DNA of 64,000 bases from Candidatus Zipacnadia bacterium (GCA_029821635.1 JALGSW010000002.1:8673-72672), one strand, 5' to 3'. Counted from the stretch's first letter, positions 20,032 through 30,179 are shown. Numbers and translations are program-made. The notes: generated by a model from the letters alone, not told the origin.

Positions 20032-20844
20032 ATGGCCGGACAAACCCCTCGCTGGCTGCGCCTGCTCATCCTCGCCTGCGCTGTGCACGCGGGCTGCGCT
20101 CTCGCAGAAGAGCTGCCGACGGCAACCAACAGCCTCGGCATGACCTTCGTGCGTATCCCCGCTGGCTCGTTCACGATGGGCAGCGGCGCGGACTTCAACG
20201 ATGCCCCCCCGCACCCGGTGACCATCTCGCGCGACTTCTGGCTCGGCGTGTGCGAAGTGACCCAGGAGCAGTTCGAAGCCGTTGCGGGCTTCAATCCGAG
20301 CTGGCTTGCCTACGACGCCGCAGACCGCCCGGTCGACTCGGTTTCGTGGTTTGATGCCGCGCGCTTCTGCGCATTGCTCAGCGAGCGAGAAGGGCGCGTC
20401 TATCGCTTGCCGACCGAGGCCGAGTGGGAGTACGCCTGCCGGGCGGGTACCACGACGACCTACTTTTTCGGCGGCGCCCCCGATCCTCTTGCCGAGTATG
20501 CCTGGACGCCGGAGTCCTGCTCGGCGCCGATGCCGGTGGGGCAGCTCGCGCCGAACCCCTGGGGCCTGCACGACATTCTCGGTAACGTCTACGAGTGGGT
20601 AGGCGACTGGTACGCCAATGACGCCTACGCCGGCAGCCTCGAGCGTGACCCGACGGGACCGGAGGCCAGCAGCAACAGGCTGGGCACGGGCGGGAAGGTC
20701 GCCCGCGGCGGCTGCTGGCTGGGCCCGGTGGGCATGAACTGCCTGCGCACCGACCGCTACTCATCGACTGCACGCAACTGCTGGACGCCGCACGCCAGAC
20801 ACCGCGCCATCGGCTTCCGGGTCGTGATGGAGGTGGAGGAGTGA
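20032..20844 (+). CDS. formylglycine-generating enzyme (SUMF1/FGE-sulfatase domain) family protein, secreted
   Basis: Signal peptide, then MTFVRIPAGSFTMGS, PVDSVSWFDAARFC, RLPTEAEWEYACRAGT, NPWGLHDILGNVYEWVGDWY and RGGCW. The ORF-track start at 19525 is rejected. Confidence 0.85.
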   Translation: MAGQTPRWLRLLILACAVHAGCALAEELPTATNSLGMTFVRIPAGSFTMGSGADFNDAPPHPVTISRDFWLGVCEVTQEQFEAVAGFNPSWLAYDAADRPVDSVSWFDAARFCALLSEREGRVYRLPTEAEWEYACRAGTTTTYFFGGAPDPLAEYAWTPESCSAPMPVGQLAPNPWGLHDILGNVYEWVGDWYANDAYAGSLERDPTGPEASSNRLGTGGKVARGGCWLGPVGMNCLRTDRYSSTARNCWTPHARHRAIGFRVVMEVEE

Positions 20845-22286
20845 TGATGACCATACCCGCGACGCGTCACCACGCGCTGGCTCTCTCACTGTCGGCACTG
20901 CTGCTCGCAGCCTGCGGCGTCTGCACCGGCGCACCTCTCTCGACGATCAACGCCGGCGACTACGACAGCATCAGTGCCGCCGTGGAAGCGCTTCCGCCGG
21001 GCGGGGGAGAGGTCTACGTCCCCGCCGGCGAGCATCGCATCGCTCGGACAATCCTGCTCCCCGACAACGTGACACTGCGCGGTGCCGGTGACGCATCGGT
21101 GATCCGTGCCGGGGCTGAACTCGACGCGTTCTTTGCCGAGCAAAACGCCTTCGGCGCAGCATCGGACGTGGTCATCACCTTTGAGCCCGCATGGCGCCAC
21201 GGAGCAGCCATCAAGAACGCGAGTCTCGACGGTAACCGCGGCATCCGCGTGCAGGACCTGCGCATCGTCACCGAACGCTCGCGCGTGCGCCTCGCAACGG
21301 GGATCCTGCTGGCGAACGTCGATGACGCGGTGATCTCGGGCGTCACCATCGAGGACTGTGGGGCCAGCGCGATTACCATGCTGGACTGCCGCAACTGCCG
21401 CGTCACGGGCGCGACGATCCGCCGCAACCACAACGGCGTCTTCATCAAGGGAGCGGGCGACACCACACACGACTTGTGGGTCACCGACAGCACCCTCGAC
21501 TCGAACCGCTGGTGCGGGATCTACCTGAGCGGCGTCGGAGCGGAGAAGCTTACGAACGGTCCCGCGAACGTGACGATCTCCGGCAACCACCTCTACAACC
21601 ACATGTGCGACACCGCGATCAAGCTGCATGGGCCACGCTACGTCTTCGTGACGGCGAACCGGATCGATCGCGCGCTGGAGGCCGGCATGGAGTGCAATGG
21701 CGGCGTTGACATCGTGTGCGCCGGGAACATCGTCACCGGCGTGGATGATGGCATGAACCTCAAGGGTAACGGCGTGGGCCTGTTCTTCGGGCGCCAGCCG
21801 ACGCGCGCCGATGTCGTGCTCAACGGGAACATCACGGCGGAATGCGGCGTGGGGATCTGGTCGGAGACCATCCAGCAGACCGCCGACGGCGCCCGGCAGG
21901 GGCAGGTCGGCGGTGTCGCCGTGACCGGCAACATCGCGCGCGCGAACCTCGCCTACGGGATGGGTGGCTGCGGGGTCACCGATTGCACGTGGGTCGGGAA
22001 CGTGAACATCGACAATGGCCAGCACGACGCGCCCGCCGGCCAGGATACCGCCGGGATGCTCTTCACCGCCGGTTGCCGCAACGGCGTGATCGCGGGCAAC
22101 GTCGTGGCGGACGCCGCTGCGGATGATGAGGGGCTGATGCAGTCCGGGATGATCATCCGCTCAAGTACGGACTTCATCAACGCGATGAATGCTGTCCGCG
22201 ACGCGACCGGAGAGAGCCTCAACGTCTACGCAAACGAGAACGTGCAGTCGTTCGGCAACATGATCGAGGGCGAGATGGCGCAGTAG
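20844..22286 (+). CDS. secreted right-handed parallel beta-helix repeat protein (pectate-lyase fold)
   Basis: The start overlaps the FGE stop (TGATG). It has a signal/lipobox-like LSALLLAAC and a periodic pattern of the type xNxxIxGxxI (VTIEDCGASAITM, CRVTGATIRRNHNGVFI, VTISGNHLYN). Confidence 0.75.
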   Translation: MMTIPATRHHALALSLSALLLAACGVCTGAPLSTINAGDYDSISAAVEALPPGGGEVYVPAGEHRIARTILLPDNVTLRGAGDASVIRAGAELDAFFAEQNAFGAASDVVITFEPAWRHGAAIKNASLDGNRGIRVQDLRIVTERSRVRLATGILLANVDDAVISGVTIEDCGASAITMLDCRNCRVTGATIRRNHNGVFIKGAGDTTHDLWVTDSTLDSNRWCGIYLSGVGAEKLTNGPANVTISGNHLYNHMCDTAIKLHGPRYVFVTANRIDRALEAGMECNGGVDIVCAGNIVTGVDDGMNLKGNGVGLFFGRQPTRADVVLNGNITAECGVGIWSETIQQTADGARQGQVGGVAVTGNIARANLAYGMGGCGVTDCTWVGNVNIDNGQHDAPAGQDTAGMLFTAGCRNGVIAGNVVADAAADDEGLMQSGMIIRSSTDFINAMNAVRDATGESLNVYANENVQSFGNMIEGEMAQ

Positions 22287-22289
22287 CGG

Positions 22290-23204
22290 TCAGCCCACAT
22301 GCGGGACAGGTGTGCGGCGCAGGCGCTTGGCGTAGTCGCGGGCGTGCTGGTGCGCCTTGCGACGCGCCGAACGATCGACCGTGTCCGCCGTCACCAGCAG
22401 CACTGTCGTCGATGACACGGTGGCCCTTGCCGGGATTACTCCCACCGCCACCGTCTGTCCGGGGAATGCCACGTACTGCACCGTGGCGGAGCTTGACGGC
22501 CGGTTGTCGCCCGCGCAGCGAAGGCTCACCTGCACGGTCATCAGCCCGTTCGTGCCCACCAGCGCCGCGAGGCGCAACCCCGGCTGACCCGATGGCATCG
22601 TGTGCTCGCACTGGAAGGTGACCGTGCCGCCGAGGCCCTTGTGTTCGGCGAAGCGCGGCTCCCACGGCATCTCCGCCGTGCCGTCCTCGATCATTCGGCC
22701 GAGTTCGTCCGGGTCCACGTAGGGGTTCACTACCACGATGCACTCGTCGGCGTATTCCGGCGCCACCGGGCAGAGCTTGCCCACGTCGAGCTGGTCGCGG
22801 CTGAGGTCGAGGCGAGTGCCATCGGGGCGCTCGATGATGTTCGGCACACGCGGTTGGCAGAGCAGGCGCTGTGGCTGGGTGCTCTCCACGGCCACGCAGG
22901 CGAGGGAGATCGTGGCGGCATGGGGGACGTCGAGGCTCTCGATGAGCACCTGCAGGCGGTCGAGCGCGGCGGGTTCGCCCGTGATCAGCAGGGCGTTGTC
23001 ATTGGGGAGTACGCGCATGCGGCGGATGTCGCCCGGCTCAATGTCCTCAAACTGGCGCTGGGAAAGCTTCCAGTAGAGCCAACCCGCGACCGCGCGCGCG
23101 TCGAGGTGGTACAGCTCAATCGTCGCGCGGTGGTCGGTGTCCGCGTAGCGCGATGCGGCGAGCAACTGCCTCAGTGCGGCGAGTTTGTCCGTCATTCGGG
23201 CCAC
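22290..23204 (-). CDS. hypothetical protein with a secretin-N-like module
   Basis: 304 aa. The segment RVLPNDNALLITGEPAALDRLQVLIESLD resembles the N-domain repeat of secretins and GspD. No beta-barrel secretin domain follows. Confidence 0.55.
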   Translation of the reverse strand: MARMTDKLAALRQLLAASRYADTDHRATIELYHLDARAVAGWLYWKLSQRQFEDIEPGDIRRMRVLPNDNALLITGEPAALDRLQVLIESLDVPHAATISLACVAVESTQPQRLLCQPRVPNIIERPDGTRLDLSRDQLDVGKLCPVAPEYADECIVVVNPYVDPDELGRMIEDGTAEMPWEPRFAEHKGLGGTVTFQCEHTMPSGQPGLRLAALVGTNGLMTVQVSLRCAGDNRPSSSATVQYVAFPGQTVAVGVIPARATVSSTTVLLVTADTVDRSARRKAHQHARDYAKRLRRTPVPHVG

Positions 23205-23346
23205 CTCCGAACCTCCATCGCGGACAGGTCCCGGAGAGGCGCCAGGGAGCCCGGCCTGGGACCGGGCTGCTTCGGTGGCGTCACGTCGCCATGGGCGGTA
23301 GACGCGTTGTGGCGCTGGGCGTCCCCCTGCGCGCGTCAGGCGGGGC

Positions 23347-24636
23347 CTATCCCCCTGTCAGTGTACCCACTGCAGGTCCGACACGAAACGGAATCACGCC
23401 AGCGTCTTCGCCGTTCACGGTCAGCAGGACCTTGTAGTCGCCGGTGGAGAACGTGGTGCTGCGGGACGGGTAGAAGGTGACCGCCAGGTTGCGGTCGCCG
23501 CTGACCCGGACCAGCCGGCGGGCCACGATCTCCGGTCCGTGGCCGATGGTCACGCCGACGATCGTGTTGGGGCGCGCGTCCGCGATCTTCAGGTAGACCA
23601 GGAGCTGCCCGATTTCGGCGCCGAACTCCTGGCCGGTATTGAGTATCTCGTTGTTCGGCCCGAGGCCGGTACCGAGCGCCACCTGGCGCAGCGCCGAGCC
23701 CGGGGCCAGCCGCGCCTCGGCGATTGGTTCGGGCTGTGCGGGGTCGGGAGTCGTCGGGCCGGCAATCGGGTCAGGCGCGACCGGACCCGGTTGGGGTCCG
23801 GTCGGCGCCGTGAAGTCAGGCAGATCACGCTGCTCGGGGACGGGGCCGATGCCCGGGGGCATCCGCATTTCCAGCCGAAGTTTCTTGATCGTCAGCCCGG
23901 ACATCCACCACTTCTCCGCGCGGTACTGCGCGTCAACCAGCCCGCGTGCACGCTTGAGCGCGGATTTCGCCCGGATGTTCTCGGTGATCGGTGCCGGGCC
24001 GCAGGCCGGGTGCCGGTAGGTCCATACGAGTTGGATAACCGACTGCTCCATCGCCGGCAGCAGTGCCTCGAAGTCCGCCTCGGCCATGTCGCGGGCCGAC
24101 TGGAAGATCAGCGCGACCTCGCGCACCAGCGAGAGGTCCTGGTCGGGCATGCCGTGAGGCTTGGGCTCGAAGCTCGCAGCCGCCTCGGGATGGCGCTCGG
24201 TCCACCACGGGGGCACGTCCTTCGGAGATGGCGCCAATGGGAGAGCGCGGAAGAAGTTCTCCTTCCACTGATAGATGAGCGCCTTGGTCGTAGTGCCCGA
24301 TCCGTTCGCGTCTGCCGGATAGGCCTGGATGAGCATCTGGTTGCCGATGCTCAGCGTCCAGAGATCGTTGGCCTGAGCGATCGTGAGCTTCGGGCCATCG
24401 AGTTCGGGGTGGTTCTCGTTCATCACGAAGATGTTCTTCAGTTCGTTGCTGATCGCGTTCGTGATGCGCTGGTCGATCGCCGCCTGGCGCTGATAGATTG
24501 AGCCGTAGGGCCCGCCCGTGCGTATGTGAGCGACTATCTCGCCACCGATGACGATGCTTGTCGAGTTCTGGGCGACGGCCGCTCCGGCCGCCACGACGAT
24601 TGCTGCGATGCAGGCTGCGATGGTGAGTCTGGTCAC
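23347..24636 (-). CDS. hypothetical secreted protein
   Basis: 429 aa with signal peptide MTRLTIAACIAAIVVAAGAAVA. A central Pro-rich linker (PVPEQRDLPDFTAPTGPQPGPVAPDPIAGPTTPDPAQPEP) precedes a C-terminal beta-rich domain. Confidence 0.6.
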   Translation of the reverse strand: MTRLTIAACIAAIVVAAGAAVAQNSTSIVIGGEIVAHIRTGGPYGSIYQRQAAIDQRITNAISNELKNIFVMNENHPELDGPKLTIAQANDLWTLSIGNQMLIQAYPADANGSGTTTKALIYQWKENFFRALPLAPSPKDVPPWWTERHPEAAASFEPKPHGMPDQDLSLVREVALIFQSARDMAEADFEALLPAMEQSVIQLVWTYRHPACGPAPITENIRAKSALKRARGLVDAQYRAEKWWMSGLTIKKLRLEMRMPPGIGPVPEQRDLPDFTAPTGPQPGPVAPDPIAGPTTPDPAQPEPIAEARLAPGSALRQVALGTGLGPNNEILNTGQEFGAEIGQLLVYLKIADARPNTIVGVTIGHGPEIVARRLVRVSGDRNLAVTFYPSRSTTFSTGDYKVLLTVNGEDAGVIPFRVGPAVGTLTGG

Positions 24637-24832
24637 AGTATCACTGCCCCGTTCTGCCCCCCGCGGAGGCTGATGTTTGGGTACGCGATAGGTTAGACTC
24701 TCTTTCCGGTAGAGGTGTTCCGCCTCCTCCCAGACTTGTCGTGCACGAAGTCCGTCGGCCTCCGATGGCGCGAGTGCGACGCTGCCGCGAGATTGCCCGC
24801 AGCGCGGCGCAGAGGGGTCATTGTCCGCTCAA

Positions 24833-24861
24833 TTGCATCGCATTCGCGCTTGTGGCATAAT
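24833..24861 (+). promoter_or_regulatory. sigma70-like promoter for carA
   Basis: TTGCAT (24833-24838), a 17-nt spacer, then CATAAT (24856-24861). It lies 60 nt upstream of the carA ATG. Confidence 0.5.
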
Positions 24862-24921
24862 GCGCCGAAGGGCGGGCACGATGCAGGCGCGCCCCGGCAA
24901 CAAAACTCCAGAGGTGAGTCA

Positions 24922-26133
24922 ATGTCTCGCGACAGGCGGCCCGCCGTACTGGCGCTGGCGGACGGCACGGTCTTTCACGGGTACAACTTCGGCGCGGAGG
25001 GCGAGGCCGACGGTGAGATCTGCTTTAACACCGGCATGGTCGGCTACCAGGAAGTTCTGACCGACCCCTCCTACCGCGGTCAGATCGTCACAATGACCTA
25101 CCCCGAGATCGGCAACTACGGCATCAACCCCCAGGATATGGAGTCGTGGCGCCCGTGGGTCGAGGGCTTCGTGGTCCGCGAGTACAACGAGCACGCCTCC
25201 AACTGGCGCGCCGATCGCGGCCTCGGTGACTACCTCCGCGAACACGGCATCGTCGGTATCTCCAACATCGACACGCGCAGACTCACCGCACACCTGCGGG
25301 ACAAGGGCTGGAAGATGGGCATCATCTCCACCGAGGACCTCGACCCCGAGTCGCTGGTAAAGCGTGCGGGCGAGCTTGCTCCGCTGGAGGGCCGCGACCT
25401 TGTCAAGGAGGTCATCCACGACCGCCCGCGCCGCTGGGGCCCGAAGGGATACATCAACGACGACGAGGATACCGACTTCCCCCGCGCTTTCATGCCCTTT
25501 GGCGGCACCGGCATCTCGCCTTTGGGCTACATGGAGGTCGATGAGCTCTGGTTCGGCTTCCGCGTGGTGGTCATCGACTGCGGCATCAAGCAGAATACCC
25601 TCCGGCACCTGGTCCAGCGCCGCTGTGAGGTCATCGTGACGCCCTGCACGACCCCCGCTGAGAAGATTCTGGCGTGGGACCCGGACGGGATCGTCATTTC
25701 CAACGGCCCTGGCGACCCGGCCGCGCTCGGCTACGTGATCGACGAGGTCAGGAAGCTGATGCGCCCGGAGCTGCCGATGTTCGGCATCTGCCTCGGGCAG
25801 CAGCTCCTCGGCCACGCCTACGGTGGCGTCACCTACAAGCTCAAGTTCGGCCACCGCGGCTGCAACCATCCGGTCAAGCGGTTGGAGACCGGCTCGATCG
25901 AGATCACCACGCAGAACCACGGCTACTGCGTGGACCCCGACAGCCTGCCCGACGAGGTCGAGGTCACGCACATCAACCTCAACGATGGCTCGCTCGAGGG
26001 CATCCGGCACACCGAGCTGCCGATCTTCTCCGTGCAGTACCATCCGGAGGCGGGACCTGGGCCGCACGACTCGCACTATCTCTTCGATGTCTTCATCGAT
26101 AACATGAAGCAAGTCGCCAGCGCCACGCGCTGA
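24922..26133 (+). CDS. carA: carbamoyl-phosphate synthase small (glutaminase) subunit
   Basis: The N-terminus reads [42 protein letters not shown]. The GATase triad region includes GICLGQQLL and SVQYHPEA. Confidence 0.96.
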   Translation: MSRDRRPAVLALADGTVFHGYNFGAEGEADGEICFNTGMVGYQEVLTDPSYRGQIVTMTYPEIGNYGINPQDMESWRPWVEGFVVREYNEHASNWRADRGLGDYLREHGIVGISNIDTRRLTAHLRDKGWKMGIISTEDLDPESLVKRAGELAPLEGRDLVKEVIHDRPRRWGPKGYINDDEDTDFPRAFMPFGGTGISPLGYMEVDELWFGFRVVVIDCGIKQNTLRHLVQRRCEVIVTPCTTPAEKILAWDPDGIVISNGPGDPAALGYVIDEVRKLMRPELPMFGICLGQQLLGHAYGGVTYKLKFGHRGCNHPVKRLETGSIEITTQNHGYCVDPDSLPDEVEVTHINLNDGSLEGIRHTELPIFSVQYHPEAGPGPHDSHYLFDVFIDNMKQVASATR

Positions 26134-26140
26134 CAACAGA

Positions 26141-26166
26141 CCCGCCTCCGGGCGGGCCTTTCTTTG
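26141..26166 (+). terminator. terminator/attenuator-like hairpin between carA and carB
   Basis: CCCGCC / GGCGGG stem with a TCCG loop, followed by CCTTTCTTTG, 8 nt after the carA stop. Confidence 0.45.
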
Positions 26167-26263
26167 TGAGGCGGCGGGGCATCCGCCGATGGCCCCGCCC
26201 GCCGACACGTACATGAAGCCGTGCGTACGCGCGCGCAATCCGATCGTCACAGTAGGAGGACGC

Positions 26264-29200
26264 ATGCCCAGGCGCGATGACCTGCACAAGATCCTGATCA
26301 TCGGCTCCGGTCCGATCGTGATCGGGCAGGCCTGCGAGTTCGACTACTCCGGCACGCAGGCGTGTAAGGCCCTGATGGAAGAGGGCTACGAGGTGGCGCT
26401 GGTCAACTCGAACCCGGCCACCATCATGACCGATCCGGAGATGGCCACCCGCACCTATGTCGAGCCGCTGACTGTCCACACCATCGCCCAAATCATCGAG
26501 CGCGAGCGGCCCGATGCGCTGCTCCCGACCCTCGGCGGGCAGACGGGCCTCAACGCCGCCCTTGCTCTGTCTGAGAGCGGAGTGCTCTCGCGCTATAACG
26601 TCGAGCTGATCGGCGCGACGCGCAAGGCGATCAAGAAGGCCGAGGACCGCGAGCTGTTCCGCGACGCCATGGTCGGCGCGGGGCTGCCGATGCCAGACAG
26701 CGCCACCGCCACCGACCTGCGCGAAGCCCGCAAGATCATCGACCGCATCGGGCTGCCCGTGGTCGTAAGGCCCTCAGCGACCCTCGGCGGCATCGGCGGC
26801 GGGCAGATCAACACGCCCGAGCAGATCGAGGAGATGGTCCTGCGCGGCATCGACGCCAGCCCGATGAACGAGGTGCTCGTCGAGCAGTCCGTCGCCGGCT
26901 GGAAAGAGATTGAGTACGAGGTCATGCGCGACTCCGCCGACAACGTGGTGGTGATCTGCGCGATCGAGAACTTCGACCCGATGGGCGTGCACACGGGCGA
27001 CTCCATCACCGTCGCGCCGACGCAGACCCTCAGTCAGCCGGAGTACCAGCTCCTGCGCGACATGTCCATCAAGTGCATCCGCGAGGTCGGCGTGGACACC
27101 GGCGGCTCGAACATCCAGTTCGCGGTCCACCCCGAGACCGGCGAGGTCGTGCTGATCGAGATGAACCCGCGGGTGAGCCGCTCCTCGGCTCTCGCGTCGA
27201 AGGCCACGGGCTTCCCGATCGCCAAGATCGCGGCGAAGCTCGCGGTCGGGTACACGCTCGACGAGCTGCCTAACGACATCACCCGCGAGACCCCCGCCTG
27301 CTTCGAGCCGACGATCGACTACGTGGTCACGAAGATCCCGCGCTGGGCGTTCGAGAAGTTCCCGGGTGCGGAGGAGCAGTTGACCACGCACATGAAGTCG
27401 GTCGGCGAGGCGATGGCCATCGGCCGCACCTTCAAGGAGAGCCTGCAGAAGGCCATCCGCTCACTGGAGATCGGGCGCTTCGGCCTCGGCGCAGACCGTG
27501 CGGGAGGGCGATACGAGGACCTTTCGCTCGACGAGCTGCTCGACCTGATCGAGCGGCCCCACCCCGACCGGCTCTTCGAGCTACGGTCGGCATTCATGCG
27601 CGGCGCGACCGTCGAGCAGCTCCACGAGCGCACGAAGATCGACCCGTGGTTCCTCCGCAACCTCGGCGAGATCGTTGAGACGCAGGACGAGTTGGCCGGG
27701 TGGCGGCCGGGCGCGGGCCGCGGGCCGGACGCGGGCGAGGCCGCGAGCATCGCGGAGATGTCCCGCGACGAGCTGCGCGACTACAAGCGCGCAGGCTTCT
27801 CCGACCGGCAGATCGCCACGCTCGCGCAGGTTTCCGAGCACGATGTGCATGATCTGCGCCGCAAGCTCGGCGTGCAGCCGGTCGTCAAGCTCGTGGACAC
27901 CTGCGCGGCGGAGTTCAAAGCCCGGACGCCCTACTTCTACCTGACCTACGAGGAAGAGGATGAGCACCGCAAGAGCGAGCGGCCGAACATCATCATCCTC
28001 GGTGGCGGACCCAACCGCATCGGCCAGGGGATCGAGTTCGACTACTGCTGCGTCCATGCGGCCTTCGCACTGCGCGAACAGGGCTACGACGCCATCATCG
28101 TCAACACGAACCCGGAGACAGTCTCGACCGACTACGACACGTCCGACAAGCTCTACTTCGAGCCGCTCACTCTCGAGGATGTGCTGAACATCTGCGAGAA
28201 GGAGCAGCCGCACGGAGTGATCGTGCAGTTCGGCGGGCAGACGCCGCTGAACCTCGCCGAGGGCCTCGGCGAGCACGGTGTGCCCATCATCGGCACCACT
28301 CCCGCGGACATAGCGCGCGCGGAGGACCGCGAGTTCTTCAAGCAGGCGCTCGAGCGCCTCGGGCTGCAGATGGCCCAGGCGGCCACCGTCACCTCCGTGA
28401 ATGAGGCGATCGTCGAGGCCGAGACGATCGGCTACCCGGTCGTCGTGCGCCCGAGCTTCGTCCTCGGCGGACGCGCCATGCAGATCTGCTACGATGAGGA
28501 GCAGATCGTGCGCTACATGACGCTGGCCGTCGAGGCCTCACCGGAGCACCCGGTGCTGATCGATCGCTTCCTCGAGGACGCGATCGAGATCGACGTGGAC
28601 GCGGTCTCCGACGGCGAGCGCTGCGTGATCGGCGGGGTGCTCGAGCACATCGAGGAGGCGGGAGTGCACTCGGGCGACTCGGCCTGCGTGATGCCGCCCT
28701 TCAGCCTCTCCGAGGCGCAGGTCGAGGGGCTGATGGAGCAGACGCGGGCGCTGGCCGCGGAGCTGAACGTGGTCGGCCTGCTCAACATCCAGTACGCGAT
28801 CCGCAACGAGCAGGTCTACGTACTGGAGGCGAATCCGCGGGCCTCGCGCACCATCCCATACGTCTCGAAGGCCATCGGTGTGCCGCTTGCGAAGATCGCC
28901 GCGCGGGTGATGGCGGGCGAGAAGCTGGAGGAGATCGGCTTCACCAGTGAGGTCGAGATCGAGCACTTCGCGGTGAAGTTCCCGGTCTTTCCGTTCAGCC
29001 GCTTCCATGGCGTGGACACGATCCTCGGGCCGGAGATGAAGAGCACCGGCGAGGTGATGGGCATCGACCGCAACTTCGGCGCAGCCTTCGCCAAGGCCGC
29101 GGTGGCGGCCGGGCAGAATCTGCCCACCTCGGGCACGGTCTTCATCTCCGTGCGCAACGGCGACAAGCGCGACGCGATCTTCCTGGCGAAGCACCTGGAG

Positions 29201-29554
29201 ACGCTGGGCTTCGACATCGTCGCCACCGAGGGCACCGCGCGGGCGCTTCGGCGTAGCGGCATCGACGCGCAGGTCGTCTACCGCCTCGGCGACCCGTCCG
29301 GCCTGAACGCGATCGATCTGATCGAGAACCAGCGGCTGGACCTGATCATCAACACGCCCTCGGGCCCGCAGCCGCGCGACGACGAGCGCCGCATCCGCGC
29401 CTTCGCCGCCCAGCACGCCGTCCCGTGCATCACGACGATCGCGGGGGCGTCCGTGGCGATCCTCGGCGTCGAGGCGCTGCAGCGGGGCGAGTTGGACCTG
29501 CGCACGCTCCAGGAGTATCACGAGGATCTGCGCTCGGGACAGCCGGCCATCTGA
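26264..29554 (+). CDS. carB: carbamoyl-phosphate synthase large subunit
   Basis: 1096 aa from the ATG at 26264, preceded by an AGGAGGA RBS. The N-terminus reads [25 protein letters not shown]. It has duplicated ATP-grasp halves and a C-terminal MGS-like domain. Confidence 0.98.
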   Translation: MPRRDDLHKILIIGSGPIVIGQACEFDYSGTQACKALMEEGYEVALVNSNPATIMTDPEMATRTYVEPLTVHTIAQIIERERPDALLPTLGGQTGLNAALALSESGVLSRYNVELIGATRKAIKKAEDRELFRDAMVGAGLPMPDSATATDLREARKIIDRIGLPVVVRPSATLGGIGGGQINTPEQIEEMVLRGIDASPMNEVLVEQSVAGWKEIEYEVMRDSADNVVVICAIENFDPMGVHTGDSITVAPTQTLSQPEYQLLRDMSIKCIREVGVDTGGSNIQFAVHPETGEVVLIEMNPRVSRSSALASKATGFPIAKIAAKLAVGYTLDELPNDITRETPACFEPTIDYVVTKIPRWAFEKFPGAEEQLTTHMKSVGEAMAIGRTFKESLQKAIRSLEIGRFGLGADRAGGRYEDLSLDELLDLIERPHPDRLFELRSAFMRGATVEQLHERTKIDPWFLRNLGEIVETQDELAGWRPGAGRGPDAGEAASIAEMSRDELRDYKRAGFSDRQIATLAQVSEHDVHDLRRKLGVQPVVKLVDTCAAEFKARTPYFYLTYEEEDEHRKSERPNIIILGGGPNRIGQGIEFDYCCVHAAFALREQGYDAIIVNTNPETVSTDYDTSDKLYFEPLTLEDVLNICEKEQPHGVIVQFGGQTPLNLAEGLGEHGVPIIGTTPADIARAEDREFFKQALERLGLQMAQAATVTSVNEAIVEAETIGYPVVVRPSFVLGGRAMQICYDEEQIVRYMTLAVEASPEHPVLIDRFLEDAIEIDVDAVSDGERCVIGGVLEHIEEAGVHSGDSACVMPPFSLSEAQVEGLMEQTRALAAELNVVGLLNIQYAIRNEQVYVLEANPRASRTIPYVSKAIGVPLAKIAARVMAGEKLEEIGFTSEVEIEHFAVKFPVFPFSRFHGVDTILGPEMKSTGEVMGIDRNFGAAFAKAAVAAGQNLPTSGTVFISVRNGDKRDAIFLAKHLETLGFDIVATEGTARALRRSGIDAQVVYRLGDPSGLNAIDLIENQRLDLIINTPSGPQPRDDERRIRAFAAQHAVPCITTIAGASVAILGVEALQRGELDLRTLQEYHEDLRSGQPAI

Positions 29555-29584
29555 CGGCCACGGGCCCCGGCGATGGTAGAACTG

Positions 29585-29614
29585 AAGCGGCGCGCCGGCA
29601 CTTCCGGCGGGCTG
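29585..29614 (+). repeat. GC-rich hairpin element copy A (carB terminator position)
   Basis: AAGCGGCGCGCCGGCACTTCCGGCGGGCTG matches 30138-30167 at 27 of 30 positions. Confidence 0.6.
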
Positions 29615-29656
29615 CTCTCCGTCGCGTTCGCCTGGGAGGTCAGACCTCCCCGCTAG

Positions 29657-30115
29657 CTCGCGACCAGTCAGATCCTCGTCACGCTGCACGACCAGACACT
29701 CGACATCGTCGCGCCGGGCGATGAGATAGTGACCGCGGGCGTGCTGGAGATGTCCACCTGGGTCACGTTCAGCGCCTTCGGCATCGACTACCCGCTCGGC
29801 GAGGACACCTACACGCTGGTGCAGGGGACCTCATTCTCCGCGCCGCTGGTCAGCGGCCTCGCCGGCCTCTACCGCTCCGCCTACCCCGGCGCCACAACGT
29901 ACGACTTCCGCACCGCCCTGCAGAATACTGCGATCGATCTGGGCGATCCGGGATACGACTTCTATTACGGCTACGGGCTCGCCGATGCGGGTGCGGTGTT
30001 GGACTGGGCCCCAGTCGGGGGCCCTGAGCAGGTGCCTGAGCCGGTTACGAGCGCTCTCTTCGCTATCGGGGTCGGTGTGCTCGCATGGAAGCGGCGGCTG
30101 CGGGCCGAGCGATAG
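29657..30115 (+). pseudogene. remnant of a subtilisin-family (S8) peptidase: C-terminal Ser-block plus PEP-CTERM sorting tail only
   Basis: The frame is open from 29657 (a stop lies at 29654). It reads LDIVAPGDEIVTAG...LVQGTSFSAPLVSGLAGLY, which is the catalytic Ser motif. The end VPEPVTSALFAIGVGVLAWKRRLRAER is a PEP-CTERM tail. The Asp and His blocks are absent, and only ~100 nt separate the remnant from carB. Confidence 0.7.
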
Positions 30116-30137
30116 CCCGCGGCTCACGCGCACACGA

Positions 30138-30179
30138 AAGCGGCCCGCCGGCACTCCCGGCGGGCCGTTCGTATGTCTG
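30138..30179. repeat. GC-rich hairpin element copy B (bidirectional terminator position)
   Basis: GGCCCGCCGG-CACTC-CCGGCGGGCC followed by GTTCGTATGTCTG. It lies between convergent genes ending at 30115 (+) and 30211 (-). Confidence 0.6.
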
